From an uncultured Lachnospiraceae bacterium (GTDB taxonomy: Bacteria > Bacillota > Clostridia > Lachnospirales > Lachnospiraceae): a stretch of DNA of 64,000 nt. A program made the translations under genes and the position numbers. How positions within the stretch are numbered: position 1 is the stretch's first letter; each line of letters opens with the position of its first letter. The notes under the pieces are model-generated. The model worked only from the letters and a program-made list of their open reading frames with translations, had not been told where the DNA came from and did no database searches. Below, piece after piece: positions 58,114-64,000 of this stretch. The stretch is from positions 27,115-91,114 of the forward strand of contig CAJJYZ010000001.1 of the NCBI GenBank assembly GCA_905197485.1, read 5' to 3'.

Positions 58114-59780
58114 TATTTCGGTAACTTAAACGAACTTTTCAGCGATACGATTCTGTTGAATACTAACGCATCCGGTTTGGAATCTTTCGCATCCACACAG
58201 AAGTATCCCTGTCTTACGAACTGGAAGCTGTCATAAGCCTTTACGCCGTCAAAGCTTGGCTCCAGATAACAATCTTTTAAAACTGTAAGTGAGTTCGGAT
58301 TTAAATTCAGAGAGCCGTCTTCTTTGTTATAGACCCCTTTTTCTTCATCTACGATATTCTCATAGAGACGGATTTCCGCCTTTGTTGCGTACGGCGCCGG
58401 TACCCAGTGAATCGTTCCTTTTACCTTACGTCCTGTAAATCCTGTTCCACATTTTGTCTCCGGATCATATGTGCAGTGAATCTCTGTCACATTTCCGTTC
58501 TCATCTTTCACAAAGCTTTCGCATTTTACAAAATATGCATGCATGAGACGCACTTCATTTCCCGGGAAGAGACGGAAGTATTTCTTCGGCGGTTCTTCCA
58601 TGAAGTCTTCTCTGTCAATGTACAGTTCGCGGCAGAACGGTACTTTACGGAATCCGAGTTCCTCATTCTCCAGGTTGTTTGCAACATCCAGATATTCTAC
58701 CTGTCCTTCCGGATAGTTGTCGATAATCAACTTAATCGGGTCTAAAACAGCCATCATACGTGGTTTCTTCATCTTCAGGTCTTCGCGGATGCAGTACTCT
58801 AACATCGCATAGTCTACAGAACTGTTACTCTTTGACACACCGCACAATTCCACGAACATCTTGATAGATTCCGGTGTGAATCCACGTCTTCTAAGCGCTG
58901 CAATGGATACGAGTCTCGGGTCATCCCATCCATCAACGATTCCGTCTTCCACTAATTTCTTGATATATCTCTTACCTGTTACCACATTTGTCAGATACAT
59001 TTTCGCAAACTCAATCTGACGTGGTGCCGGGTCAAATTCACATTCTCTTACAACCCAGTCATAAAGCGGTCTATGGTCTTCAAATTCCAATGTACAGATG
59101 GAGTGTGTAATTTTTTCAATCGCATCCTCAATCGGATGTGCAAAATCATACATTGGGTAAATGCACCATTTATCCCCTGTATTATGATGCGTCAAATGTG
59201 CAACGCGGTAAATAACCGGGTCACGCATGTTAATGTTCGGCGATGCCATATCGATTTTCGCACGAAGCACCTTCTCTCCGTCTTTATATTTTCCGTCTCT
59301 CATCGCTTCGAAAAGCTCTAAGTTCTCTTCCACAGAACGTTCTCTGTATGGACTGTTCTTTCCAGGCTCTGTCAGAGTTCCCCTGTACTCACGAATCTGT
59401 TCCGCAGTCAAATCACACACATAAGCTTTTCCTTTTTTGATTAATTTTACCGCGCAATCGTACATCGCATCAAAGTAATCGGATGCGAAGAAAAGGTTGT
59501 CTCCCCAGTCTGCTCCGAGCCATTTGATATCTTCCATGATAGATTCCACAAATTCTGTCTTTTCTTTCGTCGGGTTTGTATCGTCAAAACGCATGTGGAA
59601 CGTTCCATTGTATTTCTTAGCCAAACCGTAATTCAAAAGAATGGATTTCGCGTGTCCGATATGAAGATATCCATTCGGTTCCGGTGGAAATCGTGTGCAT
59701 ACAGTATCATATACGCCTTCTTTTAAATCTTTATCAATTTCCATTTCAATAAAGTTTTTTGAAACTACTTCGTTTTCCAT
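58113..59780 (-). CDS. glnS: glutamine--tRNA ligase
   Basis: 555 aa; HIGH region [14 protein letters not shown]; close match to the E. coli GlnRS motif order. Confidence 0.9.
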   Translation of the reverse strand: MENEVVSKNFIEMEIDKDLKEGVYDTVCTRFPPEPNGYLHIGHAKSILLNYGLAKKYNGTFHMRFDDTNPTKEKTEFVESIMEDIKWLGADWGDNLFFASDYFDAMYDCAVKLIKKGKAYVCDLTAEQIREYRGTLTEPGKNSPYRERSVEENLELFEAMRDGKYKDGEKVLRAKIDMASPNINMRDPVIYRVAHLTHHNTGDKWCIYPMYDFAHPIEDAIEKITHSICTLEFEDHRPLYDWVVRECEFDPAPRQIEFAKMYLTNVVTGKRYIKKLVEDGIVDGWDDPRLVSIAALRRRGFTPESIKMFVELCGVSKSNSSVDYAMLEYCIREDLKMKKPRMMAVLDPIKLIIDNYPEGQVEYLDVANNLENEELGFRKVPFCRELYIDREDFMEEPPKKYFRLFPGNEVRLMHAYFVKCESFVKDENGNVTEIHCTYDPETKCGTGFTGRKVKGTIHWVPAPYATKAEIRLYENIVDEEKGVYNKEDGSLNLNPNSLTVLKDCYLEPSFDGVKAYDSFQFVRQGYFCVDAKDSKPDALVFNRIVSLKSSFKLPK

Positions 59781-59920
59781 GTTCTTCCTCCAGATTCATT
59801 TATATTTAACGCAAAGAAATCCTGCGTCATTTCAACAAAATTACATAATTATCTTATACAGTTTACCACAAAGTAGAGACTCGGACAATCCTTTTTCTTT
59901 CTCTCCTTTGAAATTAGCAC

Positions 59921-59949
59921 TTGACATTCAATTTTTTCACGTTTATTAT
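59921..59949 (+). promoter_or_regulatory. promoter TTGACA-17-TATTAT for the TPP riboswitch / thiT
   Basis: TTGACA 59921-59926, TATTAT 59944-59949. Confidence 0.6.
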
Positions 59950-59974
59950 AAAGTCTGTAAAAATTACATACGAT

Positions 59975-60125
59975 TGATGACAAGGGAGCTTGCATGGAAA
60001 CGGGCTGAGAGTGGACTGATACCGTCCAGACCTATAACCTGATTTGGATAATGCCAACGTAGGGACGCGTTATAAGGGATTTTTTGAATCTCCTTTGTCT
60101 TCAATCGAAGACAGGGAGGTTTTTT
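59975..60125 (+). promoter_or_regulatory. TPP (THI-box) riboswitch with an expression platform that sequesters the thiT RBS
   Basis: GGGCTGAGAG...GACCTATAACCTGATTTGGATAATGCCAACGTAGGGA matches THI-element cores CUGAGA and ACCUGAUCUGGAUAAUGCCAGCG. Downstream hairpin TTTGTCTTC-AATCG-AAGACAGGGAGG + T7 just before the ATG. Confidence 0.85.
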
Positions 60126-60126
60126 T

Positions 60127-60792
60127 ATGTTTCAATTTTTAGTCAATGCAGACGGCGGGCTCACGACAGCCGGCTATGCTGTATGTATCGTAGCGGGAAT
60201 CGCTTTGTTTATTCTCGCACTCGTTTTCGCAGGGAAACATTCGGACAAACATAAAATGTCCACAAAACAGCTTGTTTTCTGCGCAATGGCAATGGCGCTT
60301 GCCTTTATCACATCCTATATTAAGATATTTTCTATGCCTTGGGGCGGAAGCATCACGCTTTGCAGTATGCTCTTCATCGTGCTTATCGCCAACTGGTATG
60401 GGGTGCAGACTGGAATTCTGGTAGGCCTTGCGTATGGTATTCTCCAGTTTATTCAGGAGCCGTTCGTCCTTTCGTTCTTCCAGGTGTGCTGTGATTACAT
60501 TCTTGCATTCGCCGCTTTGGGACTTGCCGGACTTTTCGCCCACAAATCCCATGGACTCGTAAAAGGTTACATCGTGGCCGTTCTTGCGCGTGGCGCGTTC
60601 CATGCAATCGGCGGCTATCTCTACTGGATGGACTATATGCCGGAGAATTTCCCACAGTCCCTGAAAAGCATCTATCCAATCGCATACAATTACAGCTTCC
60701 TCCTTGCAGAAGCTGCAATTACAATCATTATCATCTCCATCCCGGCAGTTGCAAGTGCTTTGGGAAGAGTAAAGAAAACAGCATTATCATAA
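60127..60792 (+). CDS. thiT: thiamine ECF transporter S component ThiT
   Basis: 221 aa, 6 TM; directly downstream of the TPP riboswitch. Confidence 0.8.
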   Translation: MFQFLVNADGGLTTAGYAVCIVAGIALFILALVFAGKHSDKHKMSTKQLVFCAMAMALAFITSYIKIFSMPWGGSITLCSMLFIVLIANWYGVQTGILVGLAYGILQFIQEPFVLSFFQVCCDYILAFAALGLAGLFAHKSHGLVKGYIVAVLARGAFHAIGGYLYWMDYMPENFPQSLKSIYPIAYNYSFLLAEAAITIIIISIPAVASALGRVKKTALS

Positions 60793-60819
60793 TGTAGGAG
60801 ACACGCGCGAGCGAGTTAC

Positions 60820-60858
60820 AAATGCGCCGTCACACCTCTGTGTGTAAACGGCGCATTT
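60820..60858 (+). terminator. rho-independent terminator after thiT
   Basis: AAATGCGCCGT-loop-ACGGCGCATTT. Confidence 0.8.
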
Positions 60859-60916
60859 CGTTATTGACAAACACTATGTCTATACTGTATATTATATGTG
60901 TTGCATATTTGCACAA

Positions 60917-60989
60917 GCTGCTGTGGCGCAGTCGGTAGCGCGTCGCCTTGGTAAGGCGGAGGTCACGGGTTCAAGTCCCGCCAGCAGCT
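60917..60989 (+). tRNA. tRNA-Thr (anticodon GGT)
   Basis: Cloverleaf: acceptor GCTGCTG/CAGCAGC, D-arm GCGC-AGTCGGTA-GCGC, anticodon arm TCGCC-TTGGTAA-GGCGG, T-arm with GGTTCAAGTCC, no encoded CCA; one A:C mismatch at the base of the T-stem. Own promoter TTGACA (60866) -17- TATATT. Confidence 0.85.
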
Positions 60990-61001
60990 TTGAACATTGG
61001 T

Positions 61002-61045
61002 ACAGAATTTCTTTAATTTTAAAGGGATTCTGTATTTTTATTTTT
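61002..61045 (+). terminator. terminator after tRNA-Thr
   Basis: ACAGAAT-loop-ATTCTGT followed by ATTTTTATTTTT. Confidence 0.7.
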
Positions 61046-61094
61046 GCAGAATTTAGGAAAAGGGGACAAAAAGGGGAAAAATCTGCAAAAGGCT

Positions 61095-61715
61095 CTACCC
61101 TTTCACAGATTTTTCTATAATTTTTTCAATCTTATTTTTAATTCTTTGCAGCGCATTATCCACAGACTTGGAGCTTTTATCCAACAATTTTGCAATGGTA
61201 TGATAATCGATTCCTTGCATATGCAAATAAAAGACCCTGCTCTCCAAATCGCTCAGATTCTTTTCCAATTCTGCTTTTATCATTTCTGTGTATTCCTTGT
61301 CCAAGAACATTTCTTCCGGATTTCGGTCCCGCATTGACTGTATGGACTCGATAAGCGGCTGGTCCTCCCCTTCGTCATACAAGGAAATGTAAGAATTTAA
61401 CGGTATATGCTTCTGCCGTTTCGACGCTTCGATAGCCGTATACATCTGTCTGGAAACGCACAAATCCGCAAAGCTGTAAAAAGAAGTCCCTTGCGTTTCA
61501 TCATAATCCTGAACCGCCTTAAAGAGCCCAATCATCCCCTCCTGAATCAAATCATCGTTCTCCCCGCCAAGAAGGAACATGGCTTTCGCTTTCTTCTTCA
61601 CAAGGAACTTATACTTGTCCATGATATAATCGGTAATCTCTTTTTCGCCTGCGCGCAGACGATGTATGAGCTGCTCGTCCGTCATCGTATCATAAGTCGC
61701 TCTATTTTTATGCAT
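61095..61715 (-). CDS. sigH: RNA polymerase sigma factor SigH (sporulation/stationary-phase sigma-30 type)
   Basis: 206 aa; aligns to B. subtilis SigH (QEGMIGLFKAVQDY..., HIPLNSY, VDNALQRIKNK); conserved neighbourhood rlmB-mrnC-cysS. Confidence 0.8.
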   Translation of the reverse strand: MHKNRATYDTMTDEQLIHRLRAGEKEITDYIMDKYKFLVKKKAKAMFLLGGENDDLIQEGMIGLFKAVQDYDETQGTSFYSFADLCVSRQMYTAIEASKRQKHIPLNSYISLYDEGEDQPLIESIQSMRDRNPEEMFLDKEYTEMIKAELEKNLSDLESRVFYLHMQGIDYHTIAKLLDKSSKSVDNALQRIKNKIEKIIEKSVKG

Positions 61716-62470
61716 TATCCTAATCTCTGTCTTACAATCTCATATGCAAGTACCCCTGCTGCCACAGATGCATTCAGCGAATCAATCTCCCCTTTCATCG
61801 GGATGGATGCGATAAAATCACACTTTTCTTTCACGAGACGGCTCACACCTTCCCCTTCGTTCCCGATAACAAGACCGATTGGTCCTTTCAAATTCAGGCG
61901 GTACATGCTTTCTCCACCCATATCTGCACAGACGAACCAAAGTCCTTTTTCTTTCAATTCTTCCATCGTCTTCGCAAGATTTGTCACCTTCGCAACCGGC
62001 GTGTAATTCAGCGCTCCGGCTGACGTCTTCGCCACAGTCGCAGTCAGTCCGACTGCCCGACGCTTCGGAATGATAACGCCATGCGCGCCCGCCAGATTCG
62101 CCGTACGAATAATCGCGCCCAGATTATGCGGGTCTTCAATGTTGTCTAACAGCAGAATAAACGGGTCTTCTCCTCTTTCCTTCGCAAGCGCTAACATGTC
62201 TTCCACTTCCGCATACTCATAAGCAGCCGCATACGCAATCACGCCCTGGTGTTTTCCCGTCTCGGAAATCTGGTCCAGACGTTCTTTCGATACAAAGTTA
62301 ATAATCGTATCATGCTTCTTTGCTTCGCGGACAACGGTACGGACCGGTCCATCCTGGCATCCGTCTAAAATAAACACCTTGTCCACCGGTTTCCCGGAAC
62401 GAAATGCTTCGATTACCGCATTTCTTCCTTCAATTGTCAATGACTGTATTCCTTTTTCTTCGTTCATCAC
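61715..62470 (-). CDS. rlmB: 23S rRNA (guanosine2251-2'-O)-methyltransferase RlmB (TrmH/SpoU family)
   Basis: 251 aa; SPOUT motifs LLLDNIEDPHNLGAIIRTA, LVIGNEGEGVS. Confidence 0.85.
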   Translation of the reverse strand: MMNEEKGIQSLTIEGRNAVIEAFRSGKPVDKVFILDGCQDGPVRTVVREAKKHDTIINFVSKERLDQISETGKHQGVIAYAAAYEYAEVEDMLALAKERGEDPFILLLDNIEDPHNLGAIIRTANLAGAHGVIIPKRRAVGLTATVAKTSAGALNYTPVAKVTNLAKTMEELKEKGLWFVCADMGGESMYRLNLKGPIGLVIGNEGEGVSRLVKEKCDFIASIPMKGEIDSLNASVAAGVLAYEIVRQRLG

Positions 62471-62476
62471 TTTCTC

Positions 62477-62932
62477 CTACGATTCTTCCAAACTATCCAA
62501 TCCAATCTTTACAAGATTTATCAGACGCTTCATATCTTTTTTCAAATACAGGTATCCCATCAATGCCTCGAAGCCCGTCGCCCGTCTGTAATCCGTCAAC
62601 GTCTGATTCTTTGCCGGCGATACCGATTTTGCATTTCTGCCGCGTTTATAAATGGCATGTTCCTCCTCAGTCAAAAGTTCCTGCAACACGCGCATCATTT
62701 TGGACTGTGCAGACGCCTGTACCAATTCACTTGTTCTTGCATGCAGCTTCTGTACCTGCTGATTTCCCTCGTTGATTACAAGCGTTTTAATTACAAGGTC
62801 GTATATACTGTCCCCGATATAGGCCAATGTGAGAGGCGAATATTCCCGGATATCCACCTCTTTCATATGAAATACGTCCCGCATGTAAGAATCCAGTTCT
62901 ACCGTCTGCTCTTTTTCTACGCTCTTTTCCAT
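62477..62932 (-). CDS. mrnC: mini-ribonuclease 3 (MrnC)
   Basis: 151 aa; RNase III signature LAYIGDSIYDLVIK. Confidence 0.85.
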   Translation of the reverse strand: MEKSVEKEQTVELDSYMRDVFHMKEVDIREYSPLTLAYIGDSIYDLVIKTLVINEGNQQVQKLHARTSELVQASAQSKMMRVLQELLTEEEHAIYKRGRNAKSVSPAKNQTLTDYRRATGFEALMGYLYLKKDMKRLINLVKIGLDSLEES

Positions 62933-64000
62933 TTTACCCCTTCTCTTGTATCTTCTAATATGATTCCTTTTTCCAGTAACTCATCTCTGATTGCGTCCGC
63001 GCGTGCAAAATCTTTCGCTTTTCTTGCTGCCTGACGCTCTTCAATCAAGGCTTCAATATCTTCCGCAAGGATTTCTTCCTCTTTCTCCACAATCAATCCA
63101 AGTACATCCGACAATCTCACAATCAATTCCAGAAGTCCCTGCAAGTATTCTTTGGAAGATTCCCCGTTTGCTGTTGTGTTCGCATATTTTACAAGGTCGA
63201 AAATGGACGCGATTGCATCCGCTGTATTAAAGTCATCTTCCATCGCCATCTCGTATGCCTTCACAAATTCCTCTGTTTTCACAAACGCTTCCTTCTCTTC
63301 TTCCGTCATCGTCTCTACTGCGCTTACTCCGAGAAGATGTTTCAAATTAGAGACTGCCGTCAAAATACGCTCCAACCCATTCTTGGAAGCTTCCATCAAG
63401 TCTGCGCTGAAGTTCAGCGGACTTCTGTAGTGGGCGCTTAACATGAAGAAACGAAGTACCTGAAGGTCATACTGCTCTCCGATTTCCCTGACTGTACGGA
63501 AATTGCCAAGAGATTTTGACATCTTATGATTGTCAATATTTAAAAACGCATTATGCATCCAATATTTTGCAAATTCCTTGCCGTTCGCTGCCTCGCTCTG
63601 TGCGATTTCATTTTCATGATGAGGGAATACAAGGTCTTCGCCTCCCGCGTGAATATCAATCTGCTCTCCCAAGTATTTTTTTGACATGACAGAACATTCG
63701 ATATGCCATCCCGGGCGTCCCTCACACCATGGGGATTCCCAAGCCGGCTCTCCTTCTTTCTTCGGTTTCCAAAGTACAAAATCCAGCGGGTCTTCTTTCT
63801 CGTCTTCTCCTGTAACAAGAAGTGTTCGTCCACCGGAACGAAGGTCATCGATGTTCTTATGAGACAACTTTCCGTAATCTTTGAAGCTTCTTGTACGGAA
63901 ATAAACTGTTCCATTCTTCTCATAAGCATAGCCCTTTTCAATCAAGTCCGCAATCATCTCCACCATTCCGCAGATTTCTTCTGTGGCAAGCGGATGCTTC
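62917..64000 (-). CDS. cysS: cysteine--tRNA ligase, C-terminal ~350 codons (the N-terminus lies beyond the window end)
   Basis: KMSKS motif HKMSKSLGNF, HIECSVM zinc site, anticodon-binding C-terminus. Confidence 0.9.
   Translation of the reverse strand, partial: KHPLATEEICGMVEMIADLIEKGYAYEKNGTVYFRTRSFKDYGKLSHKNIDDLRSGGRTLLVTGEDEKEDPLDFVLWKPKKEGEPAWESPWCEGRPGWHIECSVMSKKYLGEQIDIHAGGEDLVFPHHENEIAQSEAANGKEFAKYWMHNAFLNIDNHKMSKSLGNFRTVREIGEQYDLQVLRFFMLSAHYRSPLNFSADLMEASKNGLERILTAVSNLKHLLGVSAVETMTEEEKEAFVKTEEFVKAYEMAMEDDFNTADAIASIFDLVKYANTTANGESSKEYLQGLLELIVRLSDVLGLIVEKEEEILAEDIEALIEERQAARKAKDFARADAIRDELLEKGIILEDTREGVKWKRA

Noticed and set aside
59781-59920. T-box upstream of glnS
   Set aside because: No AATTAGGGTGG / CCACCCTAATT sequence. 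The leader is short with a simple -35/-10 (TTGTCC-17-TAAACT).
1-64000. CRISPR arrays, IS/transposases, integrases, rRNA, prophage structural genes
   Set aside because: No spaced direct-repeat arrays, no DDE/serine recombinase ORFs, and no rRNA-like conserved stretches were seen on either strand.

Overview
This 64 kb window looks like chromosome from a low-GC Firmicute, most likely a Clostridia/Lachnospiraceae-type organism. About 90% of it is coding and nearly all genes are on the minus strand, with no transposases, CRISPR arrays or rRNA. Most of the content is housekeeping. The annotated genes are:
- mtaB (5' part only), a divergent HPr-like gene, thiI with a NifS-family cysteine desulfurase, rsmE, prmA and mntP
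- two paralogs of UPF0597/CyuA-type L-cysteine desulfidase
- sbcDC, and a second, N-terminally extended RsmH-like methyltransferase with two unknown proteins
- a decayed 2-aminoethylphosphonate (AEP) utilisation locus (phnW, frameshifted phnX, remnants of a transporter)
- an ECF sigma/anti-sigma pair and an aldo/keto reductase with a ferredoxin domain
- an HTH-Uma2 endonuclease fusion
- a complete Opp/Dpp-type peptide ABC operon (oppABCDF)
- a YesMN-type HK/SBP/RR three-component sensor
- a MATE exporter, pdxK, an alanine:cation symporter, an RlmD/RumA-type methyltransferase and pcrA
- an AT-rich BceRS-like response regulator/ABC/ABC/histidine kinase cassette followed by a truncated DUF234 ATPase fragment
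- metA plus an AI-2E transporter, a DUF1540 protein, and a Thr T-box leader driving an acyl-CoA thioesterase and thrS
- a YdcF/DUF218 protein, a SEC-C protein, asnA, cls, a YtxH-like protein, a MocR-type regulator and glnS
- a TPP riboswitch with thiT, tRNA-Thr(GGU), and the conserved sigH-rlmB-mrnC-cysS block

I found no obvious complete novel multi-gene system. The observations most worth a second look are:
- a FliB-like gene split by a single in-frame TAG
- phnX disrupted by an apparent 10-nt deletion between direct repeats
- a permease-SBP fusion remnant in the same AEP locus
- an HTH-XRE::Uma2 nuclease fusion
- a family of small membrane proteins with FEDEFEDDF-type acidic tails
- the putatively acquired resistance cassette with phased ACGCCATTTTC repeats at its edge
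- a cluster of nested dyads and a near-perfect 14-bp palindrome between the MATE and histidine kinase genes
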